DNA of 49,930 nucleotides from NCBI RefSeq assembly GCF_001194135.2, contig NC_068986.1, positions 3,024,923-3,074,852 on the forward strand, written 5' to 3'. This document shows positions 11,387-24,758 of this stretch, piece after piece. The position numbers and the translations under genes were made by a program. Numbering within the stretch: the first letter of the stretch is position 1; each line of letters starts with the position of its first letter. A model generated the notes under the pieces. The model did not search any database. It was not told where the DNA came from and worked only from the letters and a program-made list of their open reading frames with translations. The stretch is from Octopus bimaculoides (lineage: Eukaryota).

Positions 11387-11944
11387 AAGTACCAATGATA
11401 AACAGTATATTACTTTAAACAGTAATATACTGTTCAAAGAAGCAGGAGAATTGTAGTAGAAGAGCCAGTGAAAAAGAAAAAGAAATAATTGTTTTTAATA
11501 TGATGTTTATGCAAAGAATAATTCTTTCTGATAATTACCAAGCATAAGCACTTAAAGTTGGAAAAGTAATTAAATGGAAATACGAAAGAAAACTCAGAGT
11601 GATGGCTTTAACTCTAAAGCTGTCCGGATCTATAAAATATTCTGGATTGTATACGAAGAGATGCATAGAGTGAATGAAGAATCTTGGATTTAGACTTCTG
11701 TTATAATTTCATTCACAACTTGGGCATCATATATTGACCCTGGATGAAAGAATGCTAAAACTGATCTTCTGGTGATGGGAACTCAGAACCTAAAAAACCT
11801 GTAACTTATAACCATTAACTCACAGATGAATTTTTTTCTCCTCTCTGTCTCAGACACTTCTACTGCTACTACTACTACAATTTTCCTGCTTCTTAGAACA
11901 GTATATTCCTGTTTAAAGTGATATACTGTTAACCATTGGTACTT
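11387..11944. repeat. 73-bp inverted repeat arms (11387-11459 and 11872-11944)
   Basis: Six mismatches in 73 nt on manual alignment. Confidence 0.85.
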
Positions 11945-12879
11945 ATTTTGTTGATCTTCTTGTATGAGGCTGACCATTGAAGGATTTGTGCTTAGAATAT
12001 TCTACCAATCACTGAACTTATTAAAAAAACAAAAAGACACGAAACCCCACAATGGAAACATAGATCCCTTTGTTTACGAAACAAACATGCTATGATTTAT
12101 ACCGCAAAATGTTCATAGATACATCTACCTTCCTTCCCTCTCTTATCATTCCTACTGTCTCGCACCTCTCAGATCCTGCACAAAACACTATCCAAATACT
12201 TTTCCCCAGAAGTACAACCTCTGGAATCCTCTCCTGTCCAGGCTTTTCTTGAAGACATCGTCCTACAAATATGCAAACTGAATAGCAGCCACCTTATTAC
12301 TGTCAATTCGGGAATGTGACACACAAATCATGTACACTTTCTCTCTTACATTAACCTATTAGAATTAATTTTTTAAAAAGTAATGAAAAGATTAAGTCAA
12401 TTGCCACTAGATACCAACACTGAGCAAACGTTTCAAACAGCAACCAAAAAGCCAATATTATGCTTTTCATCTTTTCAGGGTCAATAAAATAAGTACCAGT
12501 TGGGCACTAGCGTTGACCTGATCAATTTAGCCACCCCCATCAAGTTGCTAGCCTTGTGCCAAAATTTTTAATGATGGTAAAATTTAAATGGTCAAATGCT
12601 ACCATTACATCCTACTCATAGAAAGGGAGTCACTCAACAATTCAGTTATATATACAAACCATTCTTTTCATTCTAATCTTTTCAAATAAGTTGTGAGGAA
12701 CATTGGCCCAACAACTATAGCATTATCTACTGACTGTACACATTCTATTGGCAACTACAAACCATGTCCAGTATGTAACAAACTCAGTCTGTTAGACACC
12801 ACAAACATTCTCCATCCTTTGGCCCACAGATGTACTGTGTTCTCTCTCTAACGTTTCCTACTGCTACTACAATGGCTTC

Positions 12880-14132
12880 TGTTCAGGTGCAATAAACACT
12901 GAAAATGTGCAGAAACAACTTCTGTCACATGCCAGGGAGGAAAACTGGACATAGTTGATAGCTTCCGATATCTCGGTGACCAAGTTAGTAGTGGGGATGG
13001 GTGCACTGAAAGTGTAGCTGCTAGAATAGGAATAGCCTGGGCAAAGTTCAGAGAGCTCTTACCTCTACTGGTGACAAAGGGTCTCTCACTCAGAGTAAAA
13101 GGCAGACTGTATGATGCATGTGTACGAACAGCTATGCTACATGGCAGTGAAACATGGGCCGTGACTGCTGAGGACATGCATAAGCTCGCAAGGAATGAAG
13201 CCAGTATGCTCCGATGGATGAGTAATGTCAGTGTGCATACCCGACAAAGTGTAAGTATCTTGAGAGAAAAGCTGAACATAAGAAGCATCAGTTGTGGTGT
13301 GCAAGAGAGATGATTGCGCTGGTATGGACATGTGACGAGAATAGCTGCGTGAAAAAGTGCCAAACCCTAACAGTTGAGGGAACCCGTGGAAGAGGTAGGC
13401 CCAGGAAAACCTGGGCTGCGGTGGTGAGGCAAGACCTTCGAACAATGGGCCTCACCGAGGCGATGACTTCTGACCGAGACCTTTGGAAATATGCTGTGTG
13501 TGAGAGGACCCGGCAAGCCAAGTAAGACCAAAATCCAAGGCCTCTGCCAGGAATGTAGCCAGCCCACTTATGCGTAACATTCCTTCTTTCGACAATAAAC
13601 TCCGCTTGCGAAGACCTGTTGAGGTAAGTGAAATCGAAATCGAATTAAATTTGTAGACTGGCACCCATGCCAACGTCTCTTCAGTGAACACTAAACTTGG
13701 CTTGTGAAGACCTGTTGGGGCAAGCGAAAGCGAAATCGTTGCCAGAGCACCAGCTGTCTGGCTTCCGTGCCGGCGGCGCGTAAATAGCACCATTTGAGCG
13801 TGATCGTTACCAACGCCGCCTTCCTGGCACGTGAAAAGACATTTGAGCGAGATCATTGCCAGTACTGCTGGACTGGCTCCTGTGCAGGTGGCACGTAAAA
13901 TACACCATTTCGAGAGTGGCCGTTGCCAGTACCTCCTGACTGGCCTTCGTGCCAGTGGCATGTAAAAGCACCCACTACACTCTCGGAGTGGTTGATGTTA
14001 GGAAGGGCATCCAGCTGTAGAAACTCTGCCAAATCAGATTGGAGCCTGGTGTAGCCACCTGGTCCACCAGTCCTCAGTCAAATCGTCCAACCCATGCTAG
14101 CATGGAAAGCGGACGTTAAACGATGATGATGA
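12880..14132 (+). mobile_element. 5'-truncated RTE-clade LINE (RT C-terminus, 3' UTR, (GAT)n tail)
   Basis: LVTKGLSLRVKGRLYDACVRTAMLHGSETW...RWYGHV...GTRGRGRPRKTW...DRDLWK with frameshifts and stops; 3' end ggacgttaaacgatgatgat. Confidence 0.9.
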
Positions 14133-15289
14133 TATATATGTATGTCTGTGTGTTGTTTGTGTTCCCACATCCCTGTAACTTAACAGTTCAGCAAGAGTCT
14201 GATAGAGTTAGTACCAGGCTCAAAAAAATAAGTAGACAGGACAATTTGTTCAACTAAAACTCTTCAAGGTGGTACACCAGCATGGCCAGTCTAATGATTG
14301 AAACAAGTAAGAGATAAAAGGTGTGTTTATGCTTACTAACTTAACCTTTCGAATTATCACATATCAATAGTACGAGATTGACATAAGAACTGGGATAGGT
14401 TCTTATGGGAAGTGGATCTTGGCATGGCTACCCACTAATAAAATATGGTTTTAAATATTTTAACCTTTAGCAAACTGCCTGCATTTTCTCTACAATTGTT
14501 TCTCCTGTCACTCTCCTGTTGCTAAAGGATACAAAGGAATAGTCTGGACATTATGAACCTAATTACACTAAGCTGCAGGCTGGAAGAATAAAGTATAATT
14601 AAAATAGTAACAGTGAAACAATAATAAAATGACAATACAACAGAGAAAATCTGGTGGTTGGTTTGAGTGTTCCATTTCAGCTTCTTTAATCTGTTTTGTG
14701 AAAATAGATTCTCAACATACAGTTTACATTCTTTGTTAGAATGAGTTTTCATATAATAATAATATTAATAATAATAATAGTGATGATAATAATAATAATA
14801 ATGATAATAATAATAACATATAGTGACAGAGTGTTAAATCAGAAAAAATAACAGAAACAACAAAAAACACACTCTCCTATGATTTTAACCTATAAAGATG
14901 ATGTCTATGATTTTCTCTTTATTTATTCAACTCAGATCATAAAAATTTGGAGAAACTAAAATCTGTGGGTTATGCAGCACAAAAACAAAAACAAAAAAAA
15001 AAAAGAAAAGGAAAAAAATAACTAAGATACTGAACTGCTGGCAAGGCACATAACTCTGCTTGACTTGAACTGCTTGGATGACACTAGGTACTACTCCTGC
15101 TTTACAGTTGAGTGGTTAGCAGCAGCAAGATCATCCAGCTGTGAACAAAAAACATTTTGTAACAAGATGCAAAATTTCTTAATTGGAAAATAAATGAATA
15201 AAAGATTTCATCCGTAGGATATATATCATATACATATATATGATGATAAGCTTACATATGTAGGAACATGTAGGTATATACATATCTAT

Positions 15290-15346
15290 TTATGATTCTA
15301 TATATATACACACACACATAAGTATGCATATATATCTACATATCTG

Positions 15347-15405
<59 letters not shown>

Positions 15406-16111
15406 NNNNNNNNNNNNNNNNNNNNNNNNNNNNNNNNNNNNNNNNNNNNNNNNNNNNNNNNNNNNNNNNNNNNNNNNNNNNNNNNNNNNNNNNNNNNNNN
15501 NNNNNNNNNNNNNNNNNNNNNNNNNNNNNNNNNNNNNNNNNNNNNNNNNNNNNNNNNNNNNNNNNNNNNNNNNNNNNNNNNNNNNNNNNNNNNNNNNNNN
15601 NNNNNNNNNNNNNNNNNNNNNNNNNNNNNNNNNNNNNNNNNNNNNNNNNNNNNNNNNNNNNNNNNNNNNNNNNNNNNNNNNNNNNNNNNNNNNNNNNNNN
15701 NNNNNNNNNNNNNNNNNNNNNNNNNNNNNNNNNNNNNNNNNNNNNNNNNNNNNNNNNNNNNNNNNNNNNNNNNNNNNNNNNNNNNNNNNNNNNNNNNNNN
15801 NNNNNNNNNNNNNNNNNNNNNNNNNNNNNNNNNNNNNNNNNNNNNNNNNNNNNNNNNNNNNNNNNNNNNNNNNNNNNNNNNNNNNNNNNNNNNNNNNNNN
15901 NNNNNNNNNNNNNNNNNNNNNNNNNNNNNNNNNNNNNNNNNNNNNNNNNNNNNNNNNNNNNNNNNNNNNNNNNNNNNNNNNNNNNNNNNNNNNNNNNNNN
16001 NNNNNNNNNNNNNNNNNNNNNNNNNNNNNNNNNNNNNNNNNNNNNNNNNNNNNNNNNNNNNNNNNNNNNNNNNNNNNNNNNNNNNNNNNNNNNNNNNNNN
16101 NNNNNNNNNNN

Positions 16112-16164
<53 letters not shown>

Positions 16165-16345
16165 ATTTATAAATATATTTATATATATATATATAGATGT
16201 ATATAAAAATAAATATTTTAAATATTTATATATATATATGAAAATATATACTTACATAAATATATATATTTAAATATATATATACAGATAAATAAATATA
16301 TAGATAAATTTCTATACATATGAATATATCTACATATATATAAAT

Positions 16346-16376
<31 letters not shown>

Positions 16377-16520
16377 AATACATATATATATACTTAGATA
16401 TATAAATGTAGATACAAACAGATATATATATATGTATGATATATATATATATATACATACAAATATATAAATATATATATATAAATATATACATACACAC
16501 ATATAGATATATGTATATAT
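15290..16520. repeat. (TA)n-rich low-complexity block with a 706-N assembly gap
   Basis: Direct reading. Other gaps at 8457-8661, 18232-18750 and 35934-35996. Confidence 0.95.
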
Positions 16521-16666
16521 ATGTATATGTAAAATGGATGTAAAAGAATAAAAACTGATCTGTGTTTGAAAAATGAAAAGTCACAAATAATATATTAATA
16601 ATGATGATGATGATAGTAATAATGACAATAATAATAATAGTAATAATAATAATGATGATTATGATG

Positions 16667-16700
<34 letters not shown>

Positions 16701-16882
16701 TAATAATAAAATCATTTGGAAAACAATGTTTTATTTTGAGATACAATGAACAGGTGTCCTCTCGTTCGCACAGAAGAAAGAACACACACATACACACAAA
16801 TAAAAAGAAAACAGAACAGAAATAATAGTGGTATTTAGGAGTAGTATTAATAATAATGATAATAATAATAATTAATCAATCG

Positions 16883-16922
<40 letters not shown>

Positions 16923-19900
16923 TAATAATACTGATAATAATAATGGTAATAATAAACAAACAAGAGTTAGCAAAGTGACACGTAAGCTGTGAATGTTTTC
17001 AATATATATATATATATAGATGTCATTTTTCTTTCATTTTTTTTTTTTAGACTTGCTATCTCTCTAGAGTTGCATTTTGAATTTGCAATACATGGATGAT
17101 AAAAGAAAAAAAAAAGCTTGAACAAAATTATTTTAAAGAAAAACTAAACCAAAAAACAAAGAAAAAAACGCTTATATATCAGCACATATCACAGAGGTGT
17201 ACACCCATACAAAACCAATGGACAGGTAAAAACAAAACAAAACAGAAACATCAGGATAACAGAGACCGGTTATAAGAAATCCCCTTAAATGAAATATGAA
17301 AGATTAAGAAAGAAAGAAAGAAAGAAAGGAGGTAAATGTAAAATAATGTAAAACATAACAAAATAATGACTTATTACAAGATGGTAGTGGTGAGAAGGAA
17401 GATGAACAGATGAAGAAAAATAGTAGTAGTAGTAGTTGTAGTTAGAGGATGAAGAATGAGTGAGTGTTGAGGTGATACTCAGAGTTTTTCAGTGTGAAAT
17501 AGTCAAGTATAAAGAGTGACCAGCTAAAGTGACTAGGTTGTTTAGCAGATGGTTTAACAAGATCATATATATATATATATATATCTATACATGCACAAAC
17601 ATTATATATATATATATATATATATATAGATATATATATATATAATGCATGTATGTACATGTGCATGTATATGCATATATGATGTATGTATGTATGCATG
17701 TATATGCATATATATGTATATGTGTGTGTGTGTGAGAATAAATCAAAGTATACAGTATTAAAAATCTATTACAGCCGATCTTGCCAATTCAGTACATGTA
17801 TCCCATTGACACATATACAAATGCCTAATTTTGCTGACTTATGGACTCTTAGAGACTATGTATGTATTAGTGTATCTCTATAATTTGTATGTACAAGTGG
17901 AAGTAGAAATGGCAAGAAATGAAATTTAAGAGAGGAAAGAGAAGTGAAGGAGGAAAAGAAGATGTGGGAGTAGTAGTAGTAGTAGTAGTAATAGTAGTAT
18001 TAGAAGAAGGAGAAATCAAAAATGGAATAAATAAATAAATAGAGAAAAAAAAACAGAGATTGGAAAAGATAAACAAATAAAAAAAAGAGAAACGGAGAAG
18101 AAAAATAGAAGCAAAATCAAAGTGTCAAACCATTTATTATTTAATTAAAGATTTATAAGTAGTAATTTATCATTCTTCATTTCTTTTACAAACAAGCATT
18201 CCTAAACATTTAAAACAGAAAAAAAAAAAAANNNNNNNNNNNNNNNNNNNNNNNNNNNNNNNNNNNNNNNNNNNNNNNNNNNNNNNNNNNNNNNNNNNNN
18301 NNNNNNNNNNNNNNNNNNNNNNNNNNNNNNNNNNNNNNNNNNNNNNNNNNNNNNNNNNNNNNNNNNNNNNNNNNNNNNNNNNNNNNNNNNNNNNNNNNNN
18401 NNNNNNNNNNNNNNNNNNNNNNNNNNNNNNNNNNNNNNNNNNNNNNNNNNNNNNNNNNNNNNNNNNNNNNNNNNNNNNNNNNNNNNNNNNNNNNNNNNNN
18501 NNNNNNNNNNNNNNNNNNNNNNNNNNNNNNNNNNNNNNNNNNNNNNNNNNNNNNNNNNNNNNNNNNNNNNNNNNNNNNNNNNNNNNNNNNNNNNNNNNNN
18601 NNNNNNNNNNNNNNNNNNNNNNNNNNNNNNNNNNNNNNNNNNNNNNNNNNNNNNNNNNNNNNNNNNNNNNNNNNNNNNNNNNNNNNNNNNNNNNNNNNNN
18701 NNNNNNNNNNNNNNNNNNNNNNNNNNNNNNNNNNNNNNNNNNNNNNNNNNAATGTATATATATGCGTGTATATATAATATATATAAATATGAGTTATGTT
18801 TGTTTTGTTGTTGAATGAGAGACAAACAGATAGACAGACAGGTAAACAAACAAATAGATGGAGAGACTGATAGTGAGTGAGAGAAAGAGAGAGAGAGAGG
18901 GAGGGAGAAAGTGAAGAAATGAAGAGGATATAGACAGAAAAACATCTTTTTTGTAAATAAAATGAAACGATCAGTTCTAATGCCATGGAAGAAAGAAAGA
19001 GACACATACAGTGACTGTTACTAGGGGGGTGGGGGAGTCACCAGTCAGTACGATTGGAAAAAAAAAATTGAAATAAATAAAGACAAATTAATAACTAAAA
19101 CAAAAAAAAAAAAAGAGGACAATTGTTACTTATGTTCTCAAAATGAACACATTTTTTTTTGCTGATTGTGTAATGTGTGGAGTTTCTTTTTTTTTTTTTA
19201 ATTTTTTTTTTTAAATTCAACCTTTTTATTTATTTTTTATTTATTTTTTTAAATTTTTATTCAACTTTTTATTGTGATAAATTATTTCTTGACAGACAGG
19301 AATATGATAGTCGTGTGGTTGGTGAGTGTGTATATGTATATGCGTGTTTCTTTCTCGGTTCCTTTTTTTTCTCATAAGTTCCACAAATAATATATACCCA
19401 CAGTATCATATAATATACATGATGAAAAAGTATATATATACATATATATACATATACATATATATATATATATATACATATATATATAGGCGTAGTGTGT
19501 ATGTGTGTATATTTGTATGTATGTAAACTGTTTTCAGTGCACGTCATTATGTATATGATTATGATTCAAAGCAAATTGTCACAAGTTTTATGTTTCCATA
19601 AGGAAATGAATATTTTTAAAAAAAGCAATAAAAAATTGATTTAGGATTATCTTAAAAAGGTGTTTTACTTTGTTGATTTCTTTCTTTCTTTTCTTTTTTT
19701 TTTCTCATATTTTTGGGATATATTTTTTTTTCCAATTTTTTCTGTTTTTTTTTTTTTTCTTGAAGCAGTATTATCAAAATTTAAATTTACATTAGGATAT
19801 TGGTGTGGATTATCTGCTCAACAGTTTGGGATTAAAACGTTTGTTTGATGTTTTGGGATTTTTATATATGCCTATTATATTGGGGTTTGATGTTGAAAAC

Positions 19901-20177
19901 TTAGGACATGAGTGAGTGTGGAAAGGGGTAAACAGGATATGGGAAGGGGGGAAATGACAAAATTTGGCCCCAATTTCAGTAAAGGAAAAGTAAATTTGAA
20001 GACCGAATGAATTGGAAAGGAAATTTGTACAGTTCGGTCTTCTTGTGTTGCTATGGACACAGCAACTGCGGAAGAGGTTTTCTTTTTCTTTTTATTATTA
20101 TTATTCTTTTTTCTTTCTGGCAGTAGTGTGTGGTGGGCATGTTTGTGTATGCATATGTGTGATTGAATGTCAACAGT
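16520..20177 (-). other. Probable long, low-complexity chimaerin 3' UTR (extent uncertain)
   Basis: Follows the stop directly; I recognised no SINE or LINE here, unlike the introns; mosaic of (TA)n, (AAT)n, A- and T-runs. The poly(A) site is not identifiable. Confidence 0.4.
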
Positions 20178-20346
20178 TCACCGTAAAAGTTCTTTTTGAT
20201 TAGAGAGGATAAGTTCTGTAACTGTTTGCTCCAGCTTGACAGCCATAAGGCTAGCTGTGGCATCTGGTGATCTCATCAATGTTGGAGCAAATACTATGGC
20301 AAGATTCTCTGGACTCATCATGTTTTTACTTTGTTGTTCAATCACT
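20178..20346 (-). CDS. CHN1/2: Chimaerin last coding exon (169 nt), VIEQQSKNMMSPENLAIVFAPTLMRSPDATASLMAVKLEQTVTELILSNQKELLR*
   Basis: gaccaaacag|A GTG...CGG TGA; NxMxxENLxIVFxPTLM motif; stop TGA at 20180-20178. Confidence 0.95.
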
Positions 20347-20444
20347 CTGTTTGGTCAAGAGAGAAAGAAAGAAAGAGAAATAATGTTAGATCATCATTAA
20401 ACAATGTCATCATTTACAGAATGAACTTATATAATTCAGGCAGA

Positions 20445-20805
20445 GCTGTGCACTAACGAGTTTGTTTCCTGACCACATGGTTTCAGGTGGTACCTCGGGT
20501 AAGTGTCTTCTACTATGGCCTTGGGCCGATCATAGCCTTATGGGTGGATTAGGCAGACAGAAACTGAAAGAAGCCCGTCTTATATATATATTTGTGTGTG
20601 TGTGTTTGTGTCCCATCTCAGTTTGATAACTGGTGTAAGTGTGTTTACATCTTCTGTAACTTAGCAGTTTGACAAAAGAAACCAATAGAATAAGTACCAG
20701 GCTTAAAAAAAAAGAATAAATACTAGGGTCAATTAGTTTGATAAAAATTCCTCCTGGCGATGCCACAGCATGGCCACAGTTTAATGACTGAAACCAGTAA
20801 AAGAA
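20445..20805 (+). mobile_element. SINE family A, degraded copy
   Basis: Aligns to 28857-29260. Further copies at about 11070-11230, 25490-25680, 29975-30190, 33985-34130 and 36945-37100 (+), and 31440-31570, 43830-44020 and 46815-46970 (-). Confidence 0.8.
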
Positions 20806-20844
20806 TTCAGTTGAAAATAGAATTACAGTTTCACATAATTGAAT

Positions 20845-21497
20845 TAAATTTTGGCTGGAGGCCAGCAATTTTAAGGGGAGGGGGTAAGCCAATTACATTG
20901 ACCTTAGTGTTCAACTGGCATTTATTTTATTGACCCTGGAAGGATAAAAAGTAAAGTTAATCTCAGCTGAATTTGAACTCAGAGTGTAAAGAACCAAGAG
21001 AAATGCCAAGAAGCATTTTGTCTGACAATTCTAACAGCTTGCTGCTTTCATCATCATCATCATCGTTTAACGTCCACTTTCCATGCTAGCATGGGTTGGA
21101 CGATTTGACTGAGGACTGGTGAAACCGGATGGCAACACCAGGCTCCAGTCTGATTTGGCAGAGTTTCTACAGCTGGATGCACTTCCTAACGCCAACCACT
21201 CAGAGAGTGTAGTGGGTGCTTTTACGTGCCACCTGCACGAAGGCCATAATAATAATAATGATAATGATTGATGATGATGATGATTCATTCTGGTTTTGGC
21301 CAAGTGCCAGCAATTTTAAAAGGTGGAGGTAAGTCAATTACATAGATCCCAGTACTTAGCTTGGTATTATATTTTATCAACCCCAAGGGGATGAAAGCCA
21401 AAGTTGGCCTCAGTTGAATTTGAACTCAGAACATAAAGAGACGAAGAAATGCTGCTAAGCATTTTGTTTTACATGCTAATGATTCTGCCAGCTCCCT
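20845..21497 (-). mobile_element. Two antisense SINE family B copies (20845-21047, 21285-21497) flanking an RTE tail
   Basis: tttgaactcagaa...ctgccagctc motifs. Confidence 0.7.
21053..21245 (-). mobile_element. RTE 3'-end / non-autonomous derivative, (CAT)n on plus strand
   Basis: Reverse complement of 13965-14132. Similar antisense copies at about 22236-22370, 34683-34840, 40065-40250, 42075-42245 and 46318-46490. Confidence 0.85.
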
Positions 21498-22647
21498 ACA
21501 CAAGATAATGATGATGATGATGATAATAATAATAATAATAATGGTTTCAAACTCTGGTACAAAATACAAATACTATCACATTCTTAATGTTGTAAACCAA
21601 GAAATTAATGCATAAAAAAATTATAGCCATAATGTAGAGAAAGAAAACAATTAGTAGCTCTGATAAAACTATTAATGATTAGTAGCGTTATTAGAACAAA
21701 CATAATATAATGCATGAGCTAAAGAATTGGAATTAGAATTAATGAATAGCGTGTTTGTTGTGAATAAAATATTACATACAGAAAAAGATAAGGGAGATAA
21801 CTCCGATATTTAATAAAAATTCAATGTCATCAGGGAAGAAGCTTAAGTGGGAAGAGTGGGTACGATCTCCTCTTGCATAATGTTTCTCTGAATGGTTACA
21901 TATGTCTGTGAGCATTCTGAATATCCTATTTAATGTGGATTTAATGTAGAAAGCCTTAAAACTGCAGTGTTTGTGTTGAGAAGGAATCTCATATAGACAT
22001 ATAGTGCTAAAAAAGCACAGACGTGTGTTAGTAACAGATGTAAAGCATCCAGCAACAGCAGTGGTGGTGGTGGTGGTGGGATTGCTAATTCTGGATTTGT
22101 GTGTGTTTGCACATCGTCAGTAGCAAGTATCCACTGTCAAAATCACATGCTTAGATAAATTTAGCTTCTAGTGATATATAAAAAACAGTGATTAACAAAT
22201 TACTGGTGATACAAATTGCAAACAGGCTAGGTATCATCATCATCATCATCATCATCATCATCGTTTAACGTCCGCTTTCCATGCTAGCATGGGTTGGACG
22301 ATTTGACTGAGGACTGGTGGACCAGGTGGCTACACCAGGCTCCAATCTGATTTGGCAGAGTTTCTACAGCTGAGCCATGGAGAAATATAACCTTACTTGA
22401 AGACAGGTAAGGGTTAGTAACAGAAAGAGCATCAGCCATAGAAAATCTGCCTCAATAAACTCTGTACCACCCATGCATGCAAGCATGGAAAAGTGGATGT
22501 TAAGTGATGATAATAGTATGCTGATGTATGTTTAATCCATATGTAATGTAATTATCAAATATAGACATCAACACTCATTAACTATAGGAACTCATTATTC
22601 GTTACTCATTAGCTGTAGGAAATAATAAACAGAAGAAATGAACTTAC

Positions 22648-22759
22648 CGATCGAGATGAGCCATTAAATATTTTAGAGTTTGGTAATGAGCTGGTTGTAA
22701 CAAATGTAAAGCTTCTTTGATCATTTGCAGTTTTTCTTTTTCTTTCAACCCAGGTTTTT
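22648..22759 (-). CDS. CHN1/2: Chimaerin RhoGAP exon (112 nt), (Q)KPGLKEKEKLQMIKEALHLLQPAHYQTLKYLMAHLD(R)
   Basis: aatttctag|AA AAA...GAT CG|gtaagt; LLxPAHYxTLxYLMxHL motif. Confidence 0.95.
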
Positions 22760-24620
22760 CTAGAAATTAAACAAACAGCACAATGATTAAGATATTTCTC
22801 TTTTTTTTTTTATTAATTTATCCAGGATAACAAACTCAACATTTTTTCTCTTCTGGCTCTTGTTGTAAAGTCTAGTTTATTGTTGCTTTTTTTTTAGTTC
22901 TAGGTTGACTTCTCAACCATAGTTATAAACTTCAATTGTTTTTTATTTTTTATTTTTACTAGCATGGTGTATCTTGGATTACAGTATTCAAAGATGTTCT
23001 TCCTTATTGAAAACTGCAGGCTATGATTTGATAGAAATTTAGCTGCTATTTCAAAGAACTCTTTGAATCACTTAAAAGCTTACTATTCAACTTACTGAAT
23101 AGTAGTGGTTGTTGCTGTTGTTTAAGCCCTAGATCAGCTCTGAAGACATGCCTGCTCATAACTACTCCAACTTTCTGTAAATCTAGGACCACATTAAACA
23201 AGGCATCCTTCATTTTTTAAAGACACCATTGGAGTGATATGAAAAAATTTAGCTGCTATTTCAAACAGGTCAAACAACCACACAGAGAATTCCCTGAGTA
23301 TAAGTTACACTTGCTGTGAACAGAACAAATTACAACCTGATGTGTTCCTGCGTGATGAGGTAAGACAGCTCTTATTTAACCTTAGAGTTAGCCCTGACAG
23401 AACAGACAGACCCATGATAAAATCCCTTTCCAGCCAACACTGTACTGTATTTTCTTCAGCAATGATATTAAACAACCAACATTAATAAATGTGCCTTTCT
23501 ACAAAAGATTACACATGATTTGAGAGATATTTGGCTACTATTTCTGATAGGTTGAGCAAAAGAAATGCATTTTAACAATGAAAATTAATTTCTTTCATCA
23601 ATTAGTTAGGTAGAAGAACAGTGCCCATGACTCTTTCCAGAACCTCTGAGACTGACAAAAAGATATTCTTCAACCTGAGACCTGCCCAAATACTTGCAAC
23701 AGAGTGGATTCTTCTACTGAATCCACTATGCAGTGTTGTTAAACCAGGCAGCAGAATAAACCCACCAACCACTTATGGCACAGTAGAATTTGAAGTCACA
23801 ATGCAAAAAGCCAAAATAAATATCACAAGGATAATGTGCTGGTGTTGGCGCTGGTTTAAGGCTCTTGAAGCGGTAGATGTACTTCCAGCCATTGAACTCA
23901 TTCTGATAGTTAACACTGTTTTTTTTTTGAAGTTCATTAAGCTTTTTAAAGAATTTTCTTTAAATGGTTTTGAGATTTCTTAAAAAAAAAAAACTTTTCA
24001 CATTCCCTTGTCATGTTCTTAACTTCTTTTAACTTTATTTAACTTCTCTTAATTTATTCAGTTACAGTATTTCATCTGCCTCTTTTACCTTCCTAACCTC
24101 TCCTACTAACAACATTACCCTCTTGTCTTACTATGCTAAATATCACAAGGCATACCATTCAATGCCGAAAATCTTTCTACCAGTCCACCCCATTAGACTG
24201 GCACTTTTGACCCCCATTTGAAACCCCTCACCTTGCCAGAAGGATAAAAGGCAAAACCAATCTTGGTGAGATTTGAAATCACAACACAAAGAGCCAGAAT
24301 AACTACAAGGCATCCCATCTGACACTTTGACGATTCTGCTAATTTCTAGCCTCAAATTTGATCTGACTGAGTTCTTGAAAGGACAGAGTCTAAGAAAGGG
24401 GAAGGGCAATCTTTTTTGAGAAGCAGACTGCATGAGGAGACATGGCTCATCATCAAACAAGCAACACTACTAAAAACATTCAAAGTAGTTCAGCAAGCTG
24501 CAGTTTGCTCATAACTAAATCTAAGAGAAAGCTGTGGTGCCATCCAAACTAAGGTGGAACTAGAATGGATGGTGGAGAAAATGGCAATGATAATAAAGGA
24601 GTAAATGGAATAATACATAC

Positions 24621-24758
24621 GGACAGCCTCTAGTAGCTTTGGATATGATTCGAAAGAAATAAGTGGAATGGGCAGTAATCGGAAATATAACTTTAACACA
24701 CTGGTCAGTGTGTTCACATCTTCAAGTCGTGATTCACTAATATCAGTATTTTCACCAT
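24621..24758 (-). CDS. CHN1/2: Chimaerin RhoGAP exon (138 nt), DGENTDISESRLEDVNTLTSVLKLYFRLLPIPLISFESYPKLLEAV
   Basis: ctttcccag|AT GGT...GTC C|gtatgt; LKLYFRxLPxPL motif. Confidence 0.96.

Noticed and set aside
15324-19007. Long track ORFs (267-282 aa)
   Set aside because: They span N-gaps and (TA)n repeats; artefacts.
23703-23727. 9-bp hairpin resembling an iron-responsive element
   Set aside because: The loop is not CAGUGN, there is no bulged C, and it is intronic.
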